Translations under genes and position numbers: made by a program
Shown here: positions 1 to 9,692 of the stretch, one piece after another
How the letters are laid out: each line of letters begins with the position of its first letter
Position numbering within the stretch: position 1 is the stretch's first letter
Source of the DNA: an uncultured Gammaproteobacteria bacterium
GTDB lineage: Bacteria; Patescibacteriota; Microgenomatia; JALYQM01
Direction of reading: 5' to 3'
Length of the DNA: 64,000 nucleotides
Assembly (NCBI GenBank): GCA_964535655.1
Contig: CAZHTP010000003.1
Span: 65,186-129,185, forward strand
Notes under the pieces: model-generated
Database searches by the model: none
Told to the model about the DNA's origin: nothing
The model's input: only the letters and a program-made list of their open reading frames with translations

Positions 1-566
1 CGGAAAAAAACATAACTCCTGAGATAAAGGAATCTAAAAAAATCTCCTCGTATATTGATGCTGTAATTACTTTGCAAATAATACGCTCAGAGGCACGGCG
101 AATTGCCCTCATTTGGATTGATGCTCTACGCCAAGAAATTCGTGCTAAAGTTGGTAATGATATGGCTCACTATACACGCGAAGAAATATTGAAAGACTCA
201 GTTGTTAAGAAAAGTGAAGCAGCAGAAACTAAAGTTGAGCCTAAATCTACTTCAACTGCAATACACGGAAAAGGAATGCCGGTTTCTCCAGGCAAAGTTT
301 GCGGTACGACTCATTATGTGACATCGAGCTTCGAATCAATTCCTTCTGGAACTATTGGTATCTTTCCCAATGCGAGTACTGACTTTACGATTCTATACAC
401 TAAGTGTACCGGAATAATATTTCTTTCAGGAGGTCAGACCTCTCATGGGGCGATAGTGTCACGAGAATTTAATATTCCCTCACTTGTAGATAGTAATGCA
501 GCAGGGATTGCCGAAGGGTCTTTCATGGAAATTGATGGTAAAGAAGGCGAATGGAAGATTCTTTAA
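1..566 (+). CDS. PEP-utilising enzyme mobile (swivel) domain protein, C-terminal fragment; the gene begins upstream of the window
   Basis: Frame is open from nt 3 with no upstream stop, and the listed start at 72 is TTG. Motif GGQTSHGAIVSREFNIPS matches the PEP-utilisers phospho-histidine signature (GGxTSHAAIxAREx GIP). A swivel domain at the extreme C-terminus suggests a pyruvate,water dikinase or rifampin-phosphotransferase-like architecture. Confidence 0.6.
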   Translation, partial: EKNITPEIKESKKISSYIDAVITLQIIRSEARRIALIWIDALRQEIRAKVGNDMAHYTREEILKDSVVKKSEAAETKVEPKSTSTAIHGKGMPVSPGKVCGTTHYVTSSFESIPSGTIGIFPNASTDFTILYTKCTGIIFLSGGQTSHGAIVSREFNIPSLVDSNAAGIAEGSFMEIDGKEGEWKIL

Positions 567-1123
567 AATACCTGGTCGAAAAAATTCAAGAAAAGACGAT
601 TGCCGGAGGTTACATCGGGGAAGGCTTCCGGATGGAATTGTACTCCGTATATCTTTTTATTCGTATGCTTAATGACTTCAATACCATCCTTGGAGATAGC
701 TAACGCCTCAAGTTCTTTGGATACCTCTTTTATTGACCATCGATGGCTTTCATACACGACAAAATTTGTATTTTCTGCAAAAATAGGATCAGGCTTATTC
801 ACTATTATCTGTACAAGCCCTTTTTCTTTTGATTCCATTTTCTCAAGATGTGATCCAAAAGCGAATGCAATTAATTCACAGCCCAAACAAATCCCTAATG
901 TCGGTACATTTAATGATCGGATTATCTTAAGTTCATCTTGATACAATGGTTTATTATAAACAACCGAAAAACTATGCCCTCCACTTAAAATAACAGCATC
1001 AAATTTTTCAACGTTGCAATGGTGAAGATTTCCATAACTGGAAATCTGAAGCGTCCCCTGAGGGATAAGGCTAATCAACTTTTGTAGATAATACGAACCA
1101 TTATCTACGAGCAGAATATTCAT
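563..1123 (-). CDS. class I glutamine amidotransferase (GATase1) domain protein
   Basis: GICLGCE nucleophile-Cys motif and the C-terminal GVQFHPE His/Glu motif, in a protein of about 186 aa. Confidence 0.7.
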   Translation of the reverse strand: MNILLVDNGSYYLQKLISLIPQGTLQISSYGNLHHCNVEKFDAVILSGGHSFSVVYNKPLYQDELKIIRSLNVPTLGICLGCELIAFAFGSHLEKMESKEKGLVQIIVNKPDPIFAENTNFVVYESHRWSIKEVSKELEALAISKDGIEVIKHTNKKIYGVQFHPEAFPDVTSGNRLFLNFFDQVF

Positions 1124-1191
1124 TTTTTACTTACCTTTTTTTTATTGTACATGAAGAAGCACAATAAGATGAATAGTGGTAGAATACCTGA

Positions 1192-2043
1192 ATGTATAGT
1201 ACGAACTTACAATTACTTGAGGATGTTGTTCGCTTTATCAAGCATCCTAGCTTGACTAAAAGTAACTCAGAAACTCCAGTTGCAATTTTTCGTCGTATTA
1301 TTATCTTAATTTCTTGGCTATATGTTCTCGTTTTCCCTCTTGCAATACTAATCACTGTTCTATTGAAGGCTTTAAATTATTCTGGAGTTAATGCAGTAAA
1401 CCAATTTGCAATGAACGGCAATTTCTGGACGGTGTTATTTTTAGGTGCTTTGGTAGCTCCCCTTATAGAAGAGCTTACCTTTAGATTACCCTTACGTTTT
1501 TCCCCCACTAACTTAGCACTTTCTGGCTTCTTTGCATTACGTATCATTGCATCTTATATTTCCAGACAATATTTTCCTAACGAAAATATTTTTTTATACA
1601 GCTGGATTATTCCCCTTATTTTTGCTGTAGTGTTATTTTCTTTATGCCACTCTTCTCAATGGAAAACTTGGATTACGGGTTGGTATGCTCATAATTTTTC
1701 TATATTTTTTTACGCTCTTACACTATTATTCGGACTTTTGCATATAACTAATTATTCGGATGTTCATAATATCCTTCTTATTATTGTTCTTTTAGGAATT
1801 CCGCAGGTTATTGTTGGTATTGTGCTGGGATATATTCGAATTACTTACGGATTTGGCTACGGGCTTATAATGCATGGCCTCTATAATGCATTTTTACTCG
1901 TCCCCGCTTCCCTTGCTAAAGATCAAACTAATCAGTTCCATTTGATTCTTGGCGGAATAATTGGATTGTTCGTATTTGGTCTGGCTATTTATGGATTTAT
2001 TACTCTAATCTATAATTCCTATACTTTGGTTAAGAAGGCTTAA
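1192..2043 (+). CDS. CPBP family intramembrane metalloprotease (CAAX protease/Abi domain)
   Basis: Multi-TM protein carrying APLIEELTFRLP (EExxxR motif 1) plus a downstream conserved His and an HGLYNAF motif. Confidence 0.7.
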   Translation: MYSTNLQLLEDVVRFIKHPSLTKSNSETPVAIFRRIIILISWLYVLVFPLAILITVLLKALNYSGVNAVNQFAMNGNFWTVLFLGALVAPLIEELTFRLPLRFSPTNLALSGFFALRIIASYISRQYFPNENIFLYSWIIPLIFAVVLFSLCHSSQWKTWITGWYAHNFSIFFYALTLLFGLLHITNYSDVHNILLIIVLLGIPQVIVGIVLGYIRITYGFGYGLIMHGLYNAFLLVPASLAKDQTNQFHLILGGIIGLFVFGLAIYGFITLIYNSYTLVKKA

Positions 2044-2606
2044 TTTCCTTGATAGTACTGTCTAGCCTGTCCATCGAGATTCTCCTCGAGATGAGCTATC
2101 ACTTGTTTATGATAGGTCTGGTCGAGGTCAAACATTTTTCCATTCTGTATCTCTTCAGGTAACGATTCTTTATTTTCCTTATGGGAGATAACTTGCAGGC
2201 CTTCTTCTTGTTCCATTAAGGACAAGGAAATAGGGGTATTGAGAATATTTCCTTTATCAATTTTACCATCTTGTTTTATTCTTTCTTCAATTAGAGCCCA
2301 TACATACACTTCAGTCATCCCTTCTTTTTCATCTTTTCCCATAATTTCGTACGCTGCAAATACTTTGCCAAGTTTTGAAGTGACTCCAAGGTTATTGATT
2401 AAATACTGTTTTATGAGGTCAGTATCTTGACTGGCCGCATCAAGAACTTCGGGGCTCGGTTGTACCGAAGCTTTTGAGAAGGCGATTGCGGCCACGGGAG
2501 TAGTGATCGGGGTAGGGGTTACCAATTCTATTTTTGCTTGAGTGGAAGTTGTACAGCCGCAGATGAATAGTGAAAACGCACTTATTATTTGTGCCGTTTT
2601 TTTCAT
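2040..2606 (-). CDS. hypothetical lipoprotein
   Basis: N-terminus MKKTAQIISAFSLFICGC carries a lipobox-like L-F-I-C-G-C, and the remainder is hydrophilic. Confidence 0.5.
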   Translation of the reverse strand: MKKTAQIISAFSLFICGCTTSTQAKIELVTPTPITTPVAAIAFSKASVQPSPEVLDAASQDTDLIKQYLINNLGVTSKLGKVFAAYEIMGKDEKEGMTEVYVWALIEERIKQDGKIDKGNILNTPISLSLMEQEEGLQVISHKENKESLPEEIQNGKMFDLDQTYHKQVIAHLEENLDGQARQYYQGN

Positions 2607-2654
2607 AGATTTCTCTATTATAATTCATTACTTTGCATGATATGATAGTGACTT

Positions 2655-3332
2655 ATGCAAAATAGATATCTTCTTATTGATTTTGATAGTACTTTTGTTC
2701 AGATTGAAGCGCTTGATGAACTCGCTACAATTGCATTGGCGGACGTGCCTAATAGAGAAATGATCGTATCACAGATTAAAGCAATAACCAACCGGGGTAT
2801 GGATGGAGAAATAACCTTTCAAGAGTCGCTTATTCGCCGTCTATCATTATTTAAGATATCTCACCTGCATATTTCACAGTTAGTGACATTATTGCTTTCT
2901 AGTATTACCCCTTCGTTTATAGAAAATAAATCATTTATCCAGAATAATGCAGAAAAAATCTATATTATTTCTGGTGGTTTTAAAGAATACATTCTTCCAA
3001 TTGTCTCGACTTTTAACATACCGTCTGATCATGTTATGGCAAACACATTTTTATTTCAGGACGACTATGTAACGGGGTTTGATACTGACAATCTACTCTC
3101 TCAGGAGAATGGAAAGGCGAAACAAGTAGCAGCCCTTAATTTCAAGGGTGAGGTTATAGTTTTGGGAGACGGTTTTACTGATTATCAGATACGAGCACAG
3201 GGATTGGCTGATAAATTTTTTGCGTTTACTGAAAACGTCTCCCGTGATACCGTTATTAATAAAGCCGACTCGGTTATCTCAAATTTTGGCGATGCTATAG
3301 ACTATGTAGCACGTCCAGACGTCTGTAAATGA
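2655..3332 (+). CDS. HAD-IB hydrolase, phosphoserine phosphatase (SerB)-like
   Basis: DFDSTF (DxDxT motif I), ISGGF (motif II region) and GDGFTD (motif IV). Confidence 0.65.
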   Translation: MQNRYLLIDFDSTFVQIEALDELATIALADVPNREMIVSQIKAITNRGMDGEITFQESLIRRLSLFKISHLHISQLVTLLLSSITPSFIENKSFIQNNAEKIYIISGGFKEYILPIVSTFNIPSDHVMANTFLFQDDYVTGFDTDNLLSQENGKAKQVAALNFKGEVIVLGDGFTDYQIRAQGLADKFFAFTENVSRDTVINKADSVISNFGDAIDYVARPDVCK

Positions 3333-3336
3333 ATTG

Positions 3337-3774
3337 TTAGATTTCAAGATCTGGATATACTATATGCCATAGACCTGAAATAACTTCTTCAGGTTTGTAA
3401 TAAAAAACATATAGGCGCCTCCTTTCTTTTAAGATGCTTTCGTTCCCGGTATCTTTGTCCGAGATTATTCTGAAACCTTCCCAAGGTTGTGCTGCACTTT
3501 GCGAGCGAATTACTCTTCCTTCGCTGTTCTTATACACTAATTCATCTCCTACCTTCACCGTAATTTCAGGGGCATACACTACTCTTGGGCCGCCTTTTTT
3601 TGTTTTGACGCTAATTTCGCTACCAATACCGTATGTTATAGTTTCGGTTTGACCACTGGAGTGCTGGCGAAGCCATAACCCTTCGGCTGTTCCATTATTG
3701 TTTATGATCTGAATATCTGTAAACTTGGTGCGTGGGATAAGCTCTGTTAGAATACACGTCCTTTCTAACAGGTT
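3337..3774 (-). CDS. hypothetical small beta-rich protein with no canonical start codon
   Basis: The minus-strand frame is open from the stop at 3775-3777 down to 3337, about 146 codons, with no ATG anywhere. The only GTG is at 3577. It contains two KxxDxxxxxxGxxxG-like segments that look Tudor/KOW-like. Confidence 0.25.
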   Translation of the reverse strand, partial: NLLERTCILTELIPRTKFTDIQIINNNGTAEGLWLRQHSSGQTETITYGIGSEISVKTKKGGPRVVYAPEITVKVGDELVYKNSEGRVIRSQSAAQPWEGFRIISDKDTGNESILKERRRLYVFYYKPEEVISGLWHIVYPDLEI

Positions 3775-3936
3775 TTACTGACTTTTCGTTTTATAGAGAG
3801 AGGCAAATCAACACTCACCTACCACTATGACCCGAATAATGTAAAACTTGTTTTATGTTTATTTAATATGACTTAAGCTTAACGTGTTTTTCAGTTGAAC
3901 ACAAGCTCATATTCAGACAAACAAAATGTTATATCG

Positions 3937-5703
3937 TTAATATATTTCGTAATTCTCCAGTAATTTTTTATTACCTTCAATCTGATAACGTAATAAATCA
4001 GAATAGAGCCCAGGACGCTGTGCAAGCTCCCCTGGCTTGCCGTAATCGACAATAGTGCCGTGATCCAAAACAATTACTTTGTCAACGTTCTGGATGGTTG
4101 AGAAGCGGTGGGCAATAATTAACACCAGCTTATCTTTCATCATATTTTCAAGCGCTTCCTGTACTTCCTTTTCCGATTTAGCATCCAGAGAAGACGTGGC
4201 TTCGTCGAGAATGAGGATTGGAGATTTTTTAAGAATTGCCCGGGCTATTTGTATACGCTGTTTTTGCCCTCCAGAAAGGCGGACACCGCGTTCGCCTATT
4301 TCTGAATCTAGTCCTTGAGGAAGCTTTGTTACAAAGTCGTACGCATTGGCCATTTTTAGCGCTTCGTTAATTTCTTCTTCTGATGTATTACCACCGTAAG
4401 AAACATTTTCACGAATATTTGAAGAAAACAATTCATTTTCCTGAAAAACTAAGGCAATGTTATTGCGAATACTTTGATAGTTTATATCTTTGTATTTTTT
4501 GTCTTTTAATAAAATTATCCCTTCCGTTGGCTCATAAAACTTGAGGATTAGGTTGACAATGGTAGACTTCCCTGCTCCGCTGTGCCCCACCAGTGCAATT
4601 TTTTCATTCTCGTAAATTTTGAATGAGGCGTTCTTTAAGACAAGATCGGATTTATCATATTTGAAACTAACATTATTAAACTCAATAGATGGTGAACTTA
4701 TCTTCTCAATCTGTGCATTTGAATCGAACTCTTCTCTCGAATCAAGTTCGAGGATTTCAAAGAACTCTTTTGATCCGCTTTCTGCTGTTTGTACCTGTGT
4801 TAAGATAAATGACATTGCAAAAAGTGGCCTGCGTGCTTGATTAATTAATTGAAGAATCAAGACCATTTCACCTATAGTTAAGAAGCCTTTAAAGGTATTA
4901 ATGAAGACAATGATGTTGATTATGAGAAGAATGACATTCAAACTTATATTGCGCAGAAAATCAAAAATGTGAAAGGTGTTGCTTTGGCGAGCGTATATTT
5001 TGTTTACTTCTGTCAAATTGTTACTGACAATACCGTATTCAACTTTTTCAGTGTTAAAACTTTTGACAACTTTAATATTGCCGATAACTTCTTGAATGCG
5101 TCCGCGATTAGTATCTTCGAGTTTATTTTTTGCTTCTTCTTCGCGACCCCACACCTTGGTGGAGCGGGTGCTCAAGTAGAGGTAAATAGGGAAAAGAGCA
5201 AAAGTTAATGCTGCGACTGAGAGGCTATAGTACGCAAGAACTACGATCGTAAAGATGCTTTGCAGGAAGGTAGGTAGAATAAAATTAGTTGAGGTGTTTA
5301 TAAACTGTTGAATTGACTGGATACCGCGATTGAGTTGGTTAACAATTTTACCGGATAGTTCGGAATCGAAATAATTTTGAGAAAGTGTTAACACTTTACG
5401 ATAGAATTTCTCAGTTAAGAATTTACGTAATTTACCAGCAAAGTGGTCGCCTAGTCTTTCGGAAATTGATCCAAAAATAGTACTAATGACACTTGCTCCA
5501 AAGGCTAATCCTAGATACAGAATAAGGTTACTATAGTTGCCATTACTACTTTGGACGTTTTTTACAACTTCGTCGACTATATATTTGGAGAGAATCGGTG
5601 TTACTAAATCGAGTAAGGCACCCGCAAGAATCAAAAAAGCGATGATACCAATAAGGCTATATAAAGGGCGAGCTATTCTGATTATTTTTCCGATATTCTT
5701 CAT
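3937..5703 (-). CDS. ABC exporter, fused permease and ATPase (MsbA/type I exporter-like)
   Basis: An N-terminal six-TM region, then Walker A GHSGAGKST, signature LSGGQKQRIQIARAIL and Walker B ILILDEAT. The start codon sits 3 nt after the stop of the upstream GH130-like gene, which indicates translational coupling. Confidence 0.85.
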   Translation of the reverse strand: MKNIGKIIRIARPLYSLIGIIAFLILAGALLDLVTPILSKYIVDEVVKNVQSSNGNYSNLILYLGLAFGASVISTIFGSISERLGDHFAGKLRKFLTEKFYRKVLTLSQNYFDSELSGKIVNQLNRGIQSIQQFINTSTNFILPTFLQSIFTIVVLAYYSLSVAALTFALFPIYLYLSTRSTKVWGREEEAKNKLEDTNRGRIQEVIGNIKVVKSFNTEKVEYGIVSNNLTEVNKIYARQSNTFHIFDFLRNISLNVILLIINIIVFINTFKGFLTIGEMVLILQLINQARRPLFAMSFILTQVQTAESGSKEFFEILELDSREEFDSNAQIEKISSPSIEFNNVSFKYDKSDLVLKNASFKIYENEKIALVGHSGAGKSTIVNLILKFYEPTEGIILLKDKKYKDINYQSIRNNIALVFQENELFSSNIRENVSYGGNTSEEEINEALKMANAYDFVTKLPQGLDSEIGERGVRLSGGQKQRIQIARAILKKSPILILDEATSSLDAKSEKEVQEALENMMKDKLVLIIAHRFSTIQNVDKVIVLDHGTIVDYGKPGELAQRPGLYSDLLRYQIEGNKKLLENYEIY

Positions 5704-5706
5704 TAC

Positions 5707-6684
5707 CTATGTCCAAAATCCACTTTTTAACTGAGTTAAAGAAAAGGGCACTTCAACTGTTTGGGTATCACCAACATTAGTAAATAGAGTCAGTTTATCT
5801 TCATTAGTGTCGCTATGGATTACCCCTCCGCAGGAATACACCACTCTTCTCGCCTCTGGATGCAATTCATCAATAATTGACTTACCTTCAGACATAAAAT
5901 CATCAGGAGTTAAAATTGGCACGGGGTCAATCTCAACCTTGTATGTACCGTTAGTTTTGAAAAGTTTTGATCTTCCTAAAGAATAGACATATTTATTGTT
6001 TTTTATAGTAATGCCATGAACCAACATTAGTGCTTCATTTTCGTTCACCCAGACCGGCGGCATTGTGGTACCAATTCTCCACTCGGCCCACGGGATATCT
6101 TCTGAAAACTGCAACTCTCCGGCAATATCTATTTTTCCCTGGTTTTGAACTAAAACATATAGTTTGTGACTGTTATGTTCGCCGTCCTTACGGAAAAAGA
6201 ACGTATTTTCATCGATTGGCGTTAAGTTTTTTCCTGGCCCAAACTCGGTAAATACCTGCGGCTCTGGTAGATCTTGCTTCCAATCGGATGAATTTAAGGT
6301 CATTATTGCAGGGTACGGCAAGTATTCATTGTCTTTTTTTAAAACTGCTGTCATGCCAAGAATTACTGTTTTATCAGGTAATACAATTGCACGAGGATCC
6401 TCAAGATGCAACTCATCATTTTTTGGCCTCCAAACGACTCTTTCGTGAATCACTTTTCCCTCATTATTTATTTCAATGAGTACCAGTGTCCCTTTGTCGG
6501 GCTCACCCTTCTTACCGGCTTGCTTTACTTCACGAGGTAATAAAAAAATATGTCCCGTTTCACTATCTCGCCATGCTGCGGCATTAAAGCGATTTATTAA
6601 TTTTTGGGAAAATAAATACGTATTTCTCATTGGGCAGCTCCTCAGGAGAATTGTAGATTTATAGTTGAATGTTAATTTAGCCAC
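5707..6684 (-). CDS. GH130-like five-bladed beta-propeller glycosidase/phosphorylase (copy B)
   Basis: RFNAAAWRDSETGHIFLL fits the FNPAxxxxxG motif and LEDPRAIVL fits the EDPRI motif typical of GH130. It is a paralogue of the upstream ORF. The true start may be the internal Met at about 6630. Confidence 0.45.
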   Translation of the reverse strand: MAKLTFNYKSTILLRSCPMRNTYLFSQKLINRFNAAAWRDSETGHIFLLPREVKQAGKKGEPDKGTLVLIEINNEGKVIHERVVWRPKNDELHLEDPRAIVLPDKTVILGMTAVLKKDNEYLPYPAIMTLNSSDWKQDLPEPQVFTEFGPGKNLTPIDENTFFFRKDGEHNSHKLYVLVQNQGKIDIAGELQFSEDIPWAEWRIGTTMPPVWVNENEALMLVHGITIKNNKYVYSLGRSKLFKTNGTYKVEIDPVPILTPDDFMSEGKSIIDELHPEARRVVYSCGGVIHSDTNEDKLTLFTNVGDTQTVEVPFSLTQLKSGFWT

Positions 6685-6726
6685 ATACCTTACCAGTTGT
6701 AAAGGGGTTCATGTTGCGTTTTGCTA

Positions 6727-7710
6727 TTAAATAAACGGATTTGGTAATTTAATTGTACCAATTCTCGCATCGCTAAGCCCTGCATATAGAATCACTGAGT
6801 CTTCTTCGATAAATTCTAAACTTCCTGGAAAGACGACGTCTTCTAACCATTCTGTCTTGGCTGGCCCCACTTCAAAATTCCCTCTAACGGCAATTACTTT
6901 AGGAGATATACGCATATTATGCTCATCACTTACATTATCTGGATCAAAACTATAGACTATTGCAGCGTAATGCAAGTACCCTTCTTCATCTTTATGAGCG
7001 ATATGCCCCAACACATCGATTCGCTCAGCACCATTTTCGTTTTTATGTACATATAATTCATTAGAACCTATCCATCCATTGGCATCAATTTGATTGATAA
7101 AAAGATGCTCAGGTTCATGTGCCTTTTCTTCTATCTCATACAAATTATTGACGACAATCACACCAATTTGTCCTTTATTATAATTGCCACCTTGAGGGCG
7201 AACGCATACAATAATTTTTTTATCTTCGCACTGCACAAGGCGAATATCTTTCATATCACGAATAGAAAGAAATGGTTCAGGAGATAACGTCTGGATGGAG
7301 GTACCTTTAAAGAACTGAGTTACTATGGTGGGAGGATTGGTTGAACGATCAAGGGTTACCCCTCCAACCACCAACGTTCGATTTCCTTGTTCGTCCTCAA
7401 TCCACGCAGAAAAAGGATCCTCATGGAGTTTGAATACTGGCGCATTTGTTACTTGCACCCAGTTACCTGAAGCAGATTCTTCATAAAATCTAATTTCGGG
7501 ATCATACGACTCTTCATCGAGCCAAAAGCTTTCGGGTGACTCAATTCGGATTGCTAAATATTTTTTCCCATTATCTATTACAAGCGCAGGGTTGTATACG
7601 TCTTTTCCTTCGGAATTATTAACGGTAATGATTTTACCCCGCTCATCGTGTTCGTGCATGCGTATCATCCGAACCAAAGAGGAATAATCATTTTTTAGTT
7701 CTGTACTCAT
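6727..7710 (-). CDS. GH130-like beta-propeller glycosidase/phosphorylase (copy A)
   Basis: VYNPALVIDNGKKYLAIR and repeated beta-propeller-like segments. It sits in tandem with copy B and 3 nt downstream of the GT4 gene. Confidence 0.45.
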   Translation of the reverse strand: MSTELKNDYSSLVRMIRMHEHDERGKIITVNNSEGKDVYNPALVIDNGKKYLAIRIESPESFWLDEESYDPEIRFYEESASGNWVQVTNAPVFKLHEDPFSAWIEDEQGNRTLVVGGVTLDRSTNPPTIVTQFFKGTSIQTLSPEPFLSIRDMKDIRLVQCEDKKIIVCVRPQGGNYNKGQIGVIVVNNLYEIEEKAHEPEHLFINQIDANGWIGSNELYVHKNENGAERIDVLGHIAHKDEEGYLHYAAIVYSFDPDNVSDEHNMRISPKVIAVRGNFEVGPAKTEWLEDVVFPGSLEFIEEDSVILYAGLSDARIGTIKLPNPFI

Positions 7711-7713
7711 AGC

Positions 7714-8727
7714 TCACCTAACTATCTTTTTATATACTGTAACATACCCTGAGATCATCTTGTCGATTGAAAATAGTCCTTCTCCGTATGCTCGGCAGGC
7801 GTGATTATCAATTTTGTCGATCTCTGCAATTCGTTGAACTGCTTCGTCAACTGTGTCAATTATTATTCCGGAAACCTGATCTTTTACCAATTCAGGCATC
7901 GATCCTCTTCTATTGGCAATTACCGGTGTTCCGCTGGCAATAGCTTCGGCAACCGATAAACCAAATGGCTCTTCCCATTCGAGTATAGAGATGTAGGCGC
8001 GTGCTCGAGCAACTTTCTCATGGACTTCAAGCTGACTTAATTCTCCGAGATAGACAATAGATGTTCCATCAAGATGGGGCTTTATTGCTTTTTCAAAATA
8101 CTGCGGATCGTCGATTGTTCCAGCAATTAATAATGGCGTTGTCGTTTGCTGAGCCAATGCTATTGCATGATGAATACCTTTTTGCACACATATACGAGAT
8201 GCCGTTATAAAATAATTTTCTTTTGGAGAAACGGTTTTAAACGTTTCAAAATTAATTCCATTGTAGACTGTAGCTACATAATTAAGATCGGGCTTATACG
8301 CTCTCATGGCGTTGGAAATAGAAACGAAATTACTATTTTTATATTGGTCATAAATAAATTTAGCCTGATCTTCCATTCCATGAAGGGTTGTAACAAAAGG
8401 AAGATTACTTGAGCTTAATCCTAAAAATCCGTACCAGTTTAAATTATTATGGATAATGTCGAATTTTTCGGTTTGTAGATGATTCAACACTTGAGAAATA
8501 TGGTGTAACTCATACGGAAAGCGATACTTTTCTTGCAGCTCAGAAGTAGTGTTGGGAACAGTAGCGTGTATTTTAAAAGAGCCAGATGTTTGATTTGTCG
8601 CAAATACTGTGACGTCATGTCCTTTTTGATGCAATCCTTCGGCTAACGTATATACAACCTTTTCCCAAGGGCCATAGCCACGAGGTGGAATCGGGTGAGA
8701 TATTGGGGCAAGGATTCCTATTTTCAT
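7714..8727 (-). CDS. glycosyltransferase family 4 (GT-B, retaining)
   Basis: C-terminal EWEEPFGLSVAEAIASGTPVIA matches the EX7E motif, and the N-terminus is the glycine-rich GILAPISHPIPPRGYGPWE loop. Confidence 0.75.
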   Translation of the reverse strand: MKIGILAPISHPIPPRGYGPWEKVVYTLAEGLHQKGHDVTVFATNQTSGSFKIHATVPNTTSELQEKYRFPYELHHISQVLNHLQTEKFDIIHNNLNWYGFLGLSSSNLPFVTTLHGMEDQAKFIYDQYKNSNFVSISNAMRAYKPDLNYVATVYNGINFETFKTVSPKENYFITASRICVQKGIHHAIALAQQTTTPLLIAGTIDDPQYFEKAIKPHLDGTSIVYLGELSQLEVHEKVARARAYISILEWEEPFGLSVAEAIASGTPVIANRRGSMPELVKDQVSGIIIDTVDEAVQRIAEIDKIDNHACRAYGEGLFSIDKMISGYVTVYKKIVR

Positions 8728-9692
8728 AGATTATTATATTCAAATGCAGCCCATAGAAAAACTATCGTTGATTCCGCACCATAATTAGTGCTTATTCCTG
8801 ACTCATCGATCCCGTCGGCACATGCATACTCGGAATTAATAAGGCTTTGTTTCATGATATTATTTCCAAAAAACCAATCATACCACTCAGAAGCGGCAAT
8901 TTTATACTGTTCATCCTTAAAGAAAGTATACGCTTTAATAAGCATAAGAACCATATAAGCGGCATCAATTGGTTGTTGCCCATATAGATCGCGAGTATTG
9001 CTTCCAATGGTTTGCCATTCTCGGTTTCCTACCGGGGCAGGCATACCATCAACCCGACAGTACTTCTCCAAGGTTTCAATAGACCTTTTTATACAATCTT
9101 TGGTATCTTGGTTATCGACGGAGAACTCTTCTTCATAGGTCAAAAGAGCATACGAGATAATAGCATTGGCATAGGTAAGGGTGTCTTCAAACCAGTATGT
9201 ATCATGATTAAACTGCTCAAGTATTTTATTCGCTAACAGGTCGGCTTTTTCTTTATCATGCAATAAACAGGCTGCGATAAGGCTATAACTATTCGCACGG
9301 ATGAACGGTGAACTTAGTATAATAGAGGTATTAATTTTTGCTAAAATTTCTTGTGCTTTAACTGGAAATATATTTTTATTGATACAGTATGCTAGTGCCC
9401 AATAGGCAAGCGCAAAGGCATCGTCTGATGCAGGGTACGTTCGAGTCGTTTTATCGGCATGGAAGAACCCAATTAGTAGACCTTCTTTTACTGATAGCTC
9501 GATATACTTTAAACATATATCAGCACGAACTAAATCATTGTAGAGGATGAAAACGATTAACCCGCGGGCTGAATCGTCCAGCGCGTATCCTTCATTTGAC
9601 AAAATCTTGCCATTCTCATGATGTTGCCATATGCCAAATTGATCGGTTATCGCTAACAGGTGCGTCAACTTGGGTAGTGTGTTCTTTGTCAT
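8724..9692 (-). CDS. hypothetical helical protein inside the glycan operon (possible alpha/alpha-barrel glycosidase-like fold)
   Basis: No diagnostic motif was found. It is rich in W, Y and acidic residues and predicted helical. Its 3' end overlaps the downstream GT4 by ATGA, and its 5' end overlaps the upstream GT4 by 77 nt. Confidence 0.3.
   Translation of the reverse strand: MTKNTLPKLTHLLAITDQFGIWQHHENGKILSNEGYALDDSARGLIVFILYNDLVRADICLKYIELSVKEGLLIGFFHADKTTRTYPASDDAFALAYWALAYCINKNIFPVKAQEILAKINTSIILSSPFIRANSYSLIAACLLHDKEKADLLANKILEQFNHDTYWFEDTLTYANAIISYALLTYEEEFSVDNQDTKDCIKRSIETLEKYCRVDGMPAPVGNREWQTIGSNTRDLYGQQPIDAAYMVLMLIKAYTFFKDEQYKIAASEWYDWFFGNNIMKQSLINSEYACADGIDESGISTNYGAESTIVFLWAAFEYNNL

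Noticed and set aside
8146-9236. Plus-strand ORFs 8146-8412 and 9012-9236 within the glycan operon
   Set aside because: They are antisense to the GT4 gene and the helical-protein gene, and have no supporting features.
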